Shown here one piece after another: positions 26,214 through 34,619 of a stretch of DNA of 64,000 bases. The notes under the pieces are model-generated. The model ran no database searches. It was not told the DNA's origin and saw only the letters and a list, made by a program, of their open reading frames with translations. Each line of letters begins with the position of its first letter. The first letter of the stretch is position 1. The stretch lies in assembly GCA_900540395.1 (NCBI GenBank), contig UQFQ01000001.1, forward strand, positions 21,809-85,808, in the 5' to 3' direction. Source of the stretch: an uncultured Mollicutes bacterium (GTDB lineage Bacteria; Bacillota_I; Bacilli_A; RFN20; CAG-826). The position numbers and the translations under genes were made by a program.

Positions 26214-28199
26214 TTAAAACTCTAATGTAATTGTGACATCTTCATCTGGCATAACAAATTTGTATGCGTTGACTGTCATACCACCTCCAATGTCAATAGT
26301 TTGTCTTTCTGTAATTTCTGTTCCATTTGCTAAAACTTTAAAATTGTTAGCGCCTTGAATCCAAAAATCAAAGTAAACTATAGTTCCAGAAACTACATCG
26401 CGATAAAAAGCAGCTCCTACATATGTATATGTTGAATCATAAATAGCAATTTCGTAATTACCACTTGGGAAGGAAGATGTGTCAACTGTTATATCGTGTG
26501 TGCCAGTATCTTCAGAGAAAGTAAGTTCTAAGGTAGCAGCATTATTTGGCATAACAAATGTGTAATAATCTTTGCCACCAACCGTAACTTCTTCAAGTGT
26601 TTCTCCGTTTAAAGTTGCTTCATCAAAAACGTAACCTTCTACATCAGCAACTTCCATATAAATAGTATCTAATGGATGAGCTTGAGTAATTGGAGTTGTT
26701 GTATCTTCACTAGAGTAGAAGCTAACTTCAACACTATCTTGAAGTGCTACTGGATCAGTAGTGTAAGAAAGAGCAAAACTAGCAGTGGTATCTGCCCATT
26801 CAGCGGTTAAAGTTAAGTCAGAAGTATGGGTGAAAACAAAAGTATAAGTATTTCCTTCAATAGTTCCCTTACCATCTTTGCCATTTTCTTTAATATTATA
26901 TAAAGCTAAATTAGTATTTGGTTGAGTAAACTCAGCAGTAACAGTTTGGTTTCTAACTGCCTTTGTAATTGGATTACCTTCTTCATCATAGAAAAGACAA
27001 GTTTCATTACCACTTGCTGTGTAAGATAAGTTATATTCAACAGCTTTGGTTGTAACTACAATTTGAACTCCGCCATCTTCAACTGTAAATTGATATGCGC
27101 CATCTTCATCAAGAGTAACTGGAGTCCCATTAACAGTAACTTGATCAAGAGTATAAATATTTAACCAGTTATTCATAATGTAAGCTCTTAAATAAAGCTT
27201 TGTACCAGATTTAAAGACTGTTGAATTTGGATTGTATTCAGGAATGCTAACTAACGAACCATCAGCATTTTTAGCTGAGCCAATTTCAACTTTGGCACCT
27301 TCACCAGCTTCATAAGTGACTAAGCCACCATGAACTTCAACTTCGATTGTTTCTATTTTTAAAACCGAATCATGAGCAGCGGAAGTAAAATCAACTGAAG
27401 TGCCTCTAAAATCTAATGCTTCTCCATCAAGATAAATGTTAGAAATCTCATAGCCGAGATTTAAAATATATTCGACGTGAATTGAAGTTCCCTCTTCGAC
27501 AGCATTTAAATTAATGTCTTTATAGGTTTCACCATTCATTACATAGAGACCTTTAAAGGCGGCTTCATCATAATCTAAAGTCAAAGAATAGGCTTGAAGT
27601 TCAGTAATGGTTAAAACCGAATCCCTTGAAGGCATAGTAAACATGTAATAACCTTCTTGTGAAGAAACAACATTATCATTTAAACGAACTGAAACATAAG
27701 TAGATGCATTAAGTCTTAATAAATAAGATTCGGATGGAGCAAGATTATATACTCCGTTTTCATCTGGGAACATCTCATTTTGTTTAGAATTCATAAGTGT
27801 GACAATTTCAGCACCAACTTCATTAACTACTGTAAGTGTATATGTGTCTTGTGGAATATCAGTTAAAACAACTGTTAATTCAACATCAGCTTTTGGCATA
27901 ACGAAGTAATATTGTGTAGAGGATTTTGACATTACTGTGACCCCATCAATATTAGTTGTAATCTCTTTAATGGTTCTTCCATCAGGGACTGATTTAACTG
28001 TAATTTCAACACTTTCCCCGGATTTTGCAGAGTTTTTGTTTAAAACAAGCTCAACTCCATTATCTTCTGCAATAGTAATATCATGGGTTTCTTCTACAGG
28101 AGTAATAGGGTCATCATCATCAATTATTGGCGTTTCCCCACAGCCTACTAGTAATGAAACTGTAAGTAAGCTTGCTCCAATGAGCCATCTTTTTTTCAT
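26214..28199 (-). CDS. Lipoprotein built of ~7 tandem Ig-like (InlB B-repeat-type) domains
   Basis: Start trimmed to MKKRWLIGASLL (28199). Lipobox LVGCGE. About seven ~85-95-aa units, each ending in a Y.F.MP..DV.LT..F-type strand pattern. Confidence 0.7.
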   Translation of the reverse strand: MKKRWLIGASLLTVSLLVGCGETPIIDDDDPITPVEETHDITIAEDNGVELVLNKNSAKSGESVEITVKSVPDGRTIKEITTNIDGVTVMSKSSTQYYFVMPKADVELTVVLTDIPQDTYTLTVVNEVGAEIVTLMNSKQNEMFPDENGVYNLAPSESYLLRLNASTYVSVRLNDNVVSSQEGYYMFTMPSRDSVLTITELQAYSLTLDYDEAAFKGLYVMNGETYKDINLNAVEEGTSIHVEYILNLGYEISNIYLDGEALDFRGTSVDFTSAAHDSVLKIETIEVEVHGGLVTYEAGEGAKVEIGSAKNADGSLVSIPEYNPNSTVFKSGTKLYLRAYIMNNWLNIYTLDQVTVNGTPVTLDEDGAYQFTVEDGGVQIVVTTKAVEYNLSYTASGNETCLFYDEEGNPITKAVRNQTVTAEFTQPNTNLALYNIKENGKDGKGTIEGNTYTFVFTHTSDLTLTAEWADTTASFALSYTTDPVALQDSVEVSFYSSEDTTTPITQAHPLDTIYMEVADVEGYVFDEATLNGETLEEVTVGGKDYYTFVMPNNAATLELTFSEDTGTHDITVDTSSFPSGNYEIAIYDSTYTYVGAAFYRDVVSGTIVYFDFWIQGANNFKVLANGTEITERQTIDIGGGMTVNAYKFVMPDEDVTITLEF

Positions 28200-28444
28200 G
28201 GTTAAAATACCTCCTAAAATTATATTGTTTCTTCTTCGCGACGAATGAAAAAACAAATTTAAAACAATTTTATTGTAGGAGCAAATTAATTTTCGTCAAC
28301 AAAAAATGCCTTATTTTCGAAAATCTTAATATTATTTATAGGTTTTTGGCTACTAAAATATCAAAAAATGACGACTATTATGGCGAAAACACGTTTATTT
28401 TCAAAATATTTAAATATTTTACAATTTTGTTATGAAGTGGAGTA

Positions 28445-28834
28445 TTGATTACGAAAATTGGACATATAGGTATTTATGTTAACGAATTAGAAACAACAAA
28501 AGAATTTTTCGAAAAGTATTTTTTGGTAAAACCAGGTCCTAAGTATGACAATAAAAGAACTGGTTTCACAAGTTATTTTCTAAGTTTTGGTGATGGAGAA
28601 TCTAGAATTGAAATAATGAGCAGAAAAGAGGTTGACGTTAATAATTTACTTGAAGCACTTGGATATAATCATATTGCTATTAGTGTTAGAACAAAAGAAG
28701 CAGTTGATGAAATAACAAGGAAATTAAAAAAAGACGGCTATGCAATTTTAGAGTAACCTCGTACAACTGGTGATGGCTATTATGAAAGCTTATTTCTCAG
28801 CTTTGATAATTTATTAATCGAATTGACTATTTAA
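28445..28834 (+). pseudogene. VOC/glyoxalase-family gene interrupted by one in-frame TAA
   Basis: TTG start behind GAAGTGGAG. IGHIGIYVN...NHIAISV VOC motifs. TAA at 28754-28756, then the same frame continues PRTTGDGYYESLFLSFDNLLIELTI to TAA at 28832-28834. Confidence 0.7.
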
Positions 28835-28904
28835 AGTAATTAATTACATTAACTTAATTTTGTTATTTGAAAATAATTTTCAGAAATTTTTCGGAAATTT
28901 GCTA

Positions 28905-28932
28905 TTGACAGAAATCGATTATAGTATAGACT
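28905..28932 (+). promoter_or_regulatory. Candidate promoter of the riboswitch-controlled transporter operon
   Basis: TTGACA 28905-28910, 16-nt spacer, TAGACT 28927-28932, just upstream of the riboswitch P1. Confidence 0.45.
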
Positions 28933-28940
28933 AATTGCGA

Positions 28941-29108
28941 AGATTGATAGAGGCGCAGTTTAAAAGAGTAACTTGCGGAGAAGGCATTCTAAGAAACAAG
29001 TGAAAGGTATAACTGCCGAAACAACTTTCTAGGCATAGAAGTTGATTGGGCTATGGAAGAATATTCCTATAGACTCCTAGAAATTTTTCTAGAGGCGCTA
29101 TCGGTGTA
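28941..29108 (+). promoter_or_regulatory. Lysine riboswitch (L-box)
   Basis: GATAGAGGCGC...AAGAGTA...GGAGAAGG...GTGAAAGG...CTGCCGAA...TGGGCTATGGAAGAATATTCCTATAG...CTAGAAATTTTTCTAGAGGCGCTATC. The order and identity of these blocks match the conserved L-box core, and the GATAG/CTATC ends can close P1. Confidence 0.85.
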
Positions 29109-29119
29109 ACTTGTTTATT

Positions 29120-29155
29120 AAGATTGCATCGAGCGATGCAATCTTTTATTTTCAA
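29120..29155 (+). terminator. Riboswitch expression-platform terminator
   Basis: AAGATTGCATCG-AGC-GATGCAATCTT stem followed by TTATTTT, immediately before the AAGGAG RBS. Confidence 0.8.
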
Positions 29156-29168
29156 GGAGCACGCGTAT

Positions 29169-30848
29169 ATGAAAAGCAAATTTTTAGGTTTTTTCGCTTT
29201 AATTATTAGCTTGTTTAGTTTGTCTTTTTTATCAAGTTGCGGAGAAGCTACAGTTGACAATTCTCGATTAGTTATCGGAATGGAATGTGGTTATCAACCT
29301 TTCAACTGGACTATAAGTAGTGCAAGTGAATATACTTTACCAATTGATGGGACAAATGAATTTACTGATGGTTATGACATTCAAATTGCTAAATATTTAA
29401 GCGAAGATTTAGGCAAAGAAGTTGTTATTAAAAGAACAGTTTGGGACAGTTTGATCACTGATTTAAATGCCGGGAATATTAATATGGTCCTAGCAGGAAT
29501 GAGCTCAACAGCAGAAAGAAGAGAACAAATCGATTTCACTGACCCTTATTTAACTAGTGATTTAGCTTTCTTAATACAAAAAGAAAATATTCCAGAAGGA
29601 AATTCTGAAGAAAATCCATTATCTTATGACGATTTATTAGTTTTATTTTCTGGCGAAAGTTTAATTTGTCAAAGAGGTGTTGTTGGAGATGAATTAATTG
29701 AAACTTATTTTTCTTCTGTTGATGAAACGATACAACATAATGACCCAGCTAATACCTATCCTTTAGCTGCTATGGATGTTGATCAGGGAGTTTCTTTTGC
29801 TATGCCTGCAGAACTTCCTGTTTGCGAGGCTATGGTAAACATTTCTCCTGATAATTTGGGTATTTTATATGTTGATCAAAGTTTTATAAGTGATGTTGAT
29901 AAGGAAGGCTTATCTGTTTCAATTGGTATTAAAAAAGGAAATGATGAATTAAGAGAAGAAATTAATGCATCATTATCTAAATTGAGCGATGAAAAACGTG
30001 GACAAATGATGGGAGAAGCTGCTCAAAGAAGTGCAACAACTGATGATTCAGGTGAAACAACTACCTCATCACAAAATATCTGGACCCTTTTTACAGAGAA
30101 TTTTGCTTTAATTGGGGCAGGTATAGTAGATACTATAATTCTTGCTGTTTTTGGAACAGGAGTCGGATTAATTTTAGGTATCTTTATCGCTTATGGTAAA
30201 AATTGGAAAGCTAAAGAAAGCGATAAAAAATGGTTAAAGTGGATTAAAAGAGGCGTTGTTGGACTAGCTAATTTATATTCAACTATTTTAAGAGGAACAC
30301 CTATGATGGTCCAAGCTTTAATCTTTAAATATGGATGTCAAGCGATTGGCTTAAATTGGGGGAATATTTATTTCCAAGGTGAAATTGCTAATTACTTTAA
30401 TGGTTGGTTTATTGCTGGTTTAATCGTTATTACTTTAAATACTGCAGCTTACATGGGTGAAATTGTAAGAAGTGGTTTAAATGGAGTTGATATTGGACAA
30501 GTTGAAGGAGCAAGAAGCTTAGGTATGTCTTCAACTAGAACTTCCATCACAATTATTTTGCCTCAAGCATTAAAAAACGCTCTTCCTACAATTGGGAACG
30601 AACTTATTGTAAATATTAAAGATTCTTCAGTTTTAAATGTTATTGCAGTTACCGAACTTTATTATCGAATGATGAATATTGCAAGTACAACATTTGCTTT
30701 CTTAGAAGCTTATATTATTCTTGCTCTTGTTTATCTTGTTTTAACTTTAATTGCTAGTGCTATTTTAAAACTTATTGAAAAGAAATTAGACGGCGTAAAA
30801 TTTTCACTTAATCCATTTAGATGGGCTAGAAAAAAGGAGGTTTTCTAA
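29169..30848 (+). CDS. Fused lipoprotein amino-acid-binding domain (family 3) plus polar amino-acid ABC permease; predicted lysine uptake
   Basis: Start trimmed to ATG 29169. Lipobox LSSCGE. PBPb-like LVIGMECGYQPFNW...DFTDPY. C-terminal HisM/GlnP-type core (GARSLGMS...LPQALKNALP). Downstream of the L-box. Confidence 0.8.
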   Translation: MKSKFLGFFALIISLFSLSFLSSCGEATVDNSRLVIGMECGYQPFNWTISSASEYTLPIDGTNEFTDGYDIQIAKYLSEDLGKEVVIKRTVWDSLITDLNAGNINMVLAGMSSTAERREQIDFTDPYLTSDLAFLIQKENIPEGNSEENPLSYDDLLVLFSGESLICQRGVVGDELIETYFSSVDETIQHNDPANTYPLAAMDVDQGVSFAMPAELPVCEAMVNISPDNLGILYVDQSFISDVDKEGLSVSIGIKKGNDELREEINASLSKLSDEKRGQMMGEAAQRSATTDDSGETTTSSQNIWTLFTENFALIGAGIVDTIILAVFGTGVGLILGIFIAYGKNWKAKESDKKWLKWIKRGVVGLANLYSTILRGTPMMVQALIFKYGCQAIGLNWGNIYFQGEIANYFNGWFIAGLIVITLNTAAYMGEIVRSGLNGVDIGQVEGARSLGMSSTRTSITIILPQALKNALPTIGNELIVNIKDSSVLNVIAVTELYYRMMNIASTTFAFLEAYIILALVYLVLTLIASAILKLIEKKLDGVKFSLNPFRWARKKEVF

Positions 30849-30851
30849 ATT

Positions 30852-31853
30852 ATGGAAACTTTATTAAAAGTAGATAACTTAGCTAAATTTTTTGGAGCAA
30901 CCCAGGTTTTAAAAGATATTTCTTTAACTGTTAATAAGGGCGATGTTATTTCAATTATTGGTCCTAGTGGTAGTGGGAAATCAACCTTTTTAAGATGCTT
31001 GAATCTTCTTGAAGAACCAACAAGAGGAAAATTAACTTACCTAGATAAAGTTTATTTTAGTGTTAGTAAGTGCAAAGATGATTTTGTTGATTATGCTAAA
31101 TATCAAGAAGATTTAAAAAAATATGAAGATAGATTAGTTGAAACTGAAGACAACTATGCTATATATAAAAACAAGTTAATTGAAGATAAAACTAATAAAG
31201 AATATAAACTTAAAGCTAAAGAAGCAAAAAAGGAATTTAATGAAGTTAGAAAACATCCTATTTTAAAGAAAGATTATTTTAATAAAGAAGGCTATGAAGA
31301 AGCGATTAAAAATTCTCCTTCTTTTACAATTAATCAAAAAGAAATTAATGAGATTAGAACTCATGTAGGGATGGTCTTTCAATCATTTAATCTTTTTAAT
31401 AACTACAATGTTTTAGATAATTGCATTCTTGCACAGACAAAAGTATTAAAAAGAAAATATGATGAAGCAAAAGATATTGCTATTAAAAACTTAACTAGAG
31501 TTAATATGCAAGATCGTATGAACTATAAAATTTCAGAATTAAGTGGTGGGCAAAAACAAAGAGTAGCTATTGCAAGAACTTTGTCGATGAATCCTTCAAT
31601 TATTTTATTTGATGAACCAACGAGTGCTCTTGATCCTGAAATGGTTGATGAAGTTTTATCAGTTATGAAACGACTAGCTGAAAAAGGAATGACGATGATT
31701 GTGGTGACTCATGAAATGAACTTTGCTAAAAACGTTTCTAATAAAGTTGTCTTTATGGAAAATGGCTATGTTGTAGAAAGTGGTAATCCAAAAGATATTT
31801 TCGATAATCCAAAAACAGAAAGACTAAGAGAATTTCTTAAATTGGACAAATAA
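30852..31853 (+). CDS. Polar amino-acid ABC transporter ATPase (GlnQ/HisP-type) with ~90-aa charged insertion
   Basis: [47 protein letters not shown]. The extra K/E-rich segment lies between LEEPTRG and the Q-loop. Confidence 0.9.
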   Translation: METLLKVDNLAKFFGATQVLKDISLTVNKGDVISIIGPSGSGKSTFLRCLNLLEEPTRGKLTYLDKVYFSVSKCKDDFVDYAKYQEDLKKYEDRLVETEDNYAIYKNKLIEDKTNKEYKLKAKEAKKEFNEVRKHPILKKDYFNKEGYEEAIKNSPSFTINQKEINEIRTHVGMVFQSFNLFNNYNVLDNCILAQTKVLKRKYDEAKDIAIKNLTRVNMQDRMNYKISELSGGQKQRVAIARTLSMNPSIILFDEPTSALDPEMVDEVLSVMKRLAEKGMTMIVVTHEMNFAKNVSNKVVFMENGYVVESGNPKDIFDNPKTERLREFLKLDK

Positions 31854-31874
31854 TTAAAATAAATTTTTTAAAAG

Positions 31875-31905
31875 AAGTGTTGGGAAAAATCCTAACACTT
31901 TTTTA
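31875..31905 (+). terminator. Rho-independent terminator
   Basis: AAGTGTTGGG...CCTAACACTT stem plus T-run. Confidence 0.7.
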
Positions 31906-32140
31906 AATAAGCCTGCAAAAACAACTTATTTTTACCTCTTTTAGTAAATTCATTTTTTTATTTCTACATAAAAAAATCAATCATTTTTGAACTTTTTTAA
32001 AAATTTTTCTTATAAACTCCATCTTATTAATGAAGGCACCTATTTTGTCTTTAAGGAGGTGATAGGAAATTATGAAAAGTAATTTAATTATTTAAAATTC
32101 TATTCTATGTTTATCCCTCTAAACATAGATATTACTAAAT

Positions 32141-32923
32141 TTATTTTAACTTTGAAAATACGCTACCAATACTATCGTTAATAATAAGTTTTACATTTCT
32201 ATTTACATGTAATTCACTTTTGTTAATGATGACGATATTATCACCAAAAAAATATCGTATTAAACCATTTGCTGGATAGACATTTAAAGAAGTGCCAGCA
32301 ATAATTAGTAGGTCAGCTTCTTGAAGAGCAATGATTGATTTTGTTAGGACCATTTCATTTAAAGGTTCTTCATAAAGGACAACATCAGGCTTAATAATCC
32401 CTCCACATTTAAGACAATGTTCTTCTGGAGCAAGCGCTAAAAAATCTTTAAGATCATAGAAACGACCACATTTTGTACAATAGTTTCTATGAATAGAGCC
32501 GTGGAGTTCAACGACATTTTTACTCCCAGCTTGTTGATGAAGAGCATCAATATTTTGAGTTACTATCGTGATATGTTTGCCATTCTTTTCTTTATCTGCT
32601 AAATATTTGTGAGTTATATTAGGTAAAGCATTTTGATTTATCATAAATTCACGATAGAACTCAAAAAACGTTTTGGTGTGATTTATAAAATAAGTGTGAG
32701 AAAGCATTTCTTCATATGGTTTATCATATTTGCTTTTCAGCTTATATAAACCATTTTCACTTCGAAAATCAGGAATGCCGCTTTCTGTTGAAACTCCGGC
32801 TCCGCCAAAGAAAACGATATTTTTAGCATTATCTATTAAGGCTTGTAACTCTTTAATTTTGTCTAAACTATTATCTTCCATAACAAAATTATAAATATTT
32901 TCAAAAGAAGTGAATAGTGGCAT
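32141..32923 (-). CDS. cobB: NAD-dependent protein deacylase, Sir2/CobB family
   Basis: GAGVSTESGIPDFRS, QNIDALH, zinc ribbon CTKCG...CLKCGG. The start may instead be the internal Met at 32881 (MEDNSLDKIKEL). Confidence 0.85.
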   Translation of the reverse strand: MPLFTSFENIYNFVMEDNSLDKIKELQALIDNAKNIVFFGGAGVSTESGIPDFRSENGLYKLKSKYDKPYEEMLSHTYFINHTKTFFEFYREFMINQNALPNITHKYLADKEKNGKHITIVTQNIDALHQQAGSKNVVELHGSIHRNYCTKCGRFYDLKDFLALAPEEHCLKCGGIIKPDVVLYEEPLNEMVLTKSIIALQEADLLIIAGTSLNVYPANGLIRYFFGDNIVIINKSELHVNRNVKLIINDSIGSVFSKLK

Positions 32924-32935
32924 AATTTTAGCAAT

Positions 32936-33024
32936 GGCGCAATGACGTAATTGGTAGCCGTATCGGTCTCAGAAGCCGATGAACCGAAAGGTTCGTGGAA
33001 GTTCAAATCTTCTTTGCGCCACCA
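32936..33024 (+). tRNA. tRNA-Leu, anticodon CAG
   Basis: Hand-folded cloverleaf: acceptor GGCGCAA/TTGCGCC, anticodon arm TCGGT-CTCAGAA-GCCGA, long variable arm GAACC-GAAA-GGTTC, T-loop TTCAAAT, encoded CCA. 89 nt. Confidence 0.85.
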
Positions 33025-33076
33025 TCTTATAACTAACATTTTGATACAATTAATGGTTTCAAAATTAATGATATTT

Positions 33077-33100
33077 GCTCGAGAAATCGGGCTTTTTTTT
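33077..33100 (+). terminator. Terminator downstream of tRNA-Leu(CAG)
   Basis: GCTCGA-GAAA-TCGGGC hairpin followed by T8. Confidence 0.55.
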
Positions 33101-33109
33101 CATTTCAAG

Positions 33110-33197
33110 CGTTTTGCTAGTAGATAAAAATTGATTTGAATCTACGGATTTTAGAATTTTGGTTCTGCTAGAAAAATGAAAGCCTACTAGCAAAACG
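33110..33197. repeat. 14-bp perfect inverted repeat separated by 60 nt
   Basis: CGTTTTGCTAGTAG (33110-33123) and CTACTAGCAAAACG (33184-33197), between the tRNA and the HTH gene. Confidence 0.8.
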
Positions 33198-33324
33198 TAT
33201 ATTTACTAGAAAAAGATATCCTTATGAATCCACAATTTTATTTTAATTAAGCGGCAACATAATGACTATGAATAAGTTAAATCTATTTGTTGTTTTTAGG
33301 TCGGTTTACCGATATAATATTGGT

Positions 33325-33714
33325 ATGACATTTTTAGATTTATTAGCTTTTAAAAAAACAACAGTTTATGCGTTATCCAATAAAAGTGGGATTCCGAAAA
33401 CCACTTTATTTGATATTGCGTCTAGTAAGACAGACATTTTAGAGTGTTCTGGTAAAACATTATTAGCAATATCAAAAAGTTTAAATATATCAATTGAAGA
33501 GTTACTTTCACTAGAAAAAGAAGAATCTAAAACTTTGTTGCCTTTATTTTTATATGATGCGATTTCAGAATATAGAAAATCTATACGTGAGAATAGCTCT
33601 TTATTAGATTGCTATAGCGACCAATTAAATAGTTCTATCAATGTTGCTGAAGTTGAACATCTCATTTCGAAAGAACAAGCTGATCGATTAAGAGCAAGAT
33701 ACTTTAGGAGATAA
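33325..33714 (+). CDS. XRE-family helix-turn-helix protein (HipB-like antitoxin/regulator candidate)
   Basis: HTH_3-like TVYALSNKSGIPKTTLFDIASSK...LLAISKSLNISIEELL. The ORF-track start 33262 is less likely because a TTGTTT-17-TATAAT promoter lies inside that extension. Confidence 0.7.
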   Translation: MTFLDLLAFKKTTVYALSNKSGIPKTTLFDIASSKTDILECSGKTLLAISKSLNISIEELLSLEKEESKTLLPLFLYDAISEYRKSIRENSSLLDCYSDQLNSSINVAEVEHLISKEQADRLRARYFRR

Positions 33715-33721
33715 ACACTAT

Positions 33722-34609
33722 ATGATTAATTTTACAAATTTTCCGATAAGAAAAAAGGCGTATGGGGGTGCGAATGGGAATAAACTATCGGTAGTTTATA
33801 ATGATGATCTTTATATGATCAAGCTCCCGATGCACGCCATTAAAAATCCTAATTTATCATACACGAATAGTTGTATTTCTGAATATTTAGGTTGCCGTAT
33901 TTTTAATATGTTAGGAGTAAAAGCACAAGAAACATTATTAGGAGTATATGAATTTCATGGAAAAGTTAGAAATGTTGTTGCGTGTAAAGATTTTACTTCT
34001 ATAAACACTATATTGATTGATTTTGCATCAGTAAAAAATCAAATTATCGATTCTGCTTCAAATGGATATGGAACTGAATTGACCGATATTCTTGATACTA
34101 TTGAGAAACAAAATGCCGTCGATCCTAAAGAATTAAAAGAACATTTTTGGGATATGTTTGTTATTGACGCGTTTATTGGTAACTGGGATAGACATAACGG
34201 TAATTGGGGTTTTTTATATAACCAAGAAAACGATGAAATGAAAATTGCTCCAATCTTTGATTGTGGTTCATCGTTGTTTCCTCAAATTGACGACGAATTA
34301 ATTAAAAAAGTTATGTCATCTAAGACAGAAATGGACGCTCGCGTTTTTGATATGCCAACTTCTGCAATACTAGTAAAAGGAAAAAGAGGCAATTATTTTA
34401 GAATGATAACATCCTTGGAATACAGTGACTGTAATGAAGCAATCAAAAGAATCGTTCCTAAAATCAATCTTAAACAAATTAATTCATTAATTGACGAAGT
34501 GGAGCAAGCAAGTGATTTACAAAAATTATTTCTTAAAAAAATACTAAAATTACGTAAAGAAAATATATTGGATTATGCACTTATGAAATTGACTCAAAAC
34601 ACCTTATAG
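33722..34609 (+). CDS. HipA-family Ser/Thr kinase, C-terminal domain only (short form, 295 aa)
   Basis: FIGNWDRHNGNWGF matches the HipA catalytic loop pattern (G.tD.H..N). IAPIFDCGSSL matches the Mg-binding D. AGGAG RBS. 7-nt gap after the HTH gene. Confidence 0.7.
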   Translation: MINFTNFPIRKKAYGGANGNKLSVVYNDDLYMIKLPMHAIKNPNLSYTNSCISEYLGCRIFNMLGVKAQETLLGVYEFHGKVRNVVACKDFTSINTILIDFASVKNQIIDSASNGYGTELTDILDTIEKQNAVDPKELKEHFWDMFVIDAFIGNWDRHNGNWGFLYNQENDEMKIAPIFDCGSSLFPQIDDELIKKVMSSKTEMDARVFDMPTSAILVKGKRGNYFRMITSLEYSDCNEAIKRIVPKINLKQINSLIDEVEQASDLQKLFLKKILKLRKENILDYALMKLTQNTL

Positions 34610-34619
34610 GAGTTTAGAA

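Noticed and set aside
28941-29108. Read the structured leader upstream of the amino-acid transporter as a T-box.
   Set aside because: There is no T-box 14-mer (AATTAGGGTGGTACCGCG-like) and no specifier-loop architecture. The AGAGGCGC / AGAGTA / GGAGAAGG / GCCGAA / GAGGCGCTATC blocks fit the lysine riboswitch instead.
32141-32923. Sir2-family gene next to a tRNA island, considered as a defence-associated SIR2 NADase.
   Set aside because: It has the canonical CobB layout (GAGVS.ESGIPDFR, QNID.LH, Cys4 zinc ribbon) and normal size. It has no fused or adjacent sensor or effector partner, and it lies on the opposite strand outside the island.
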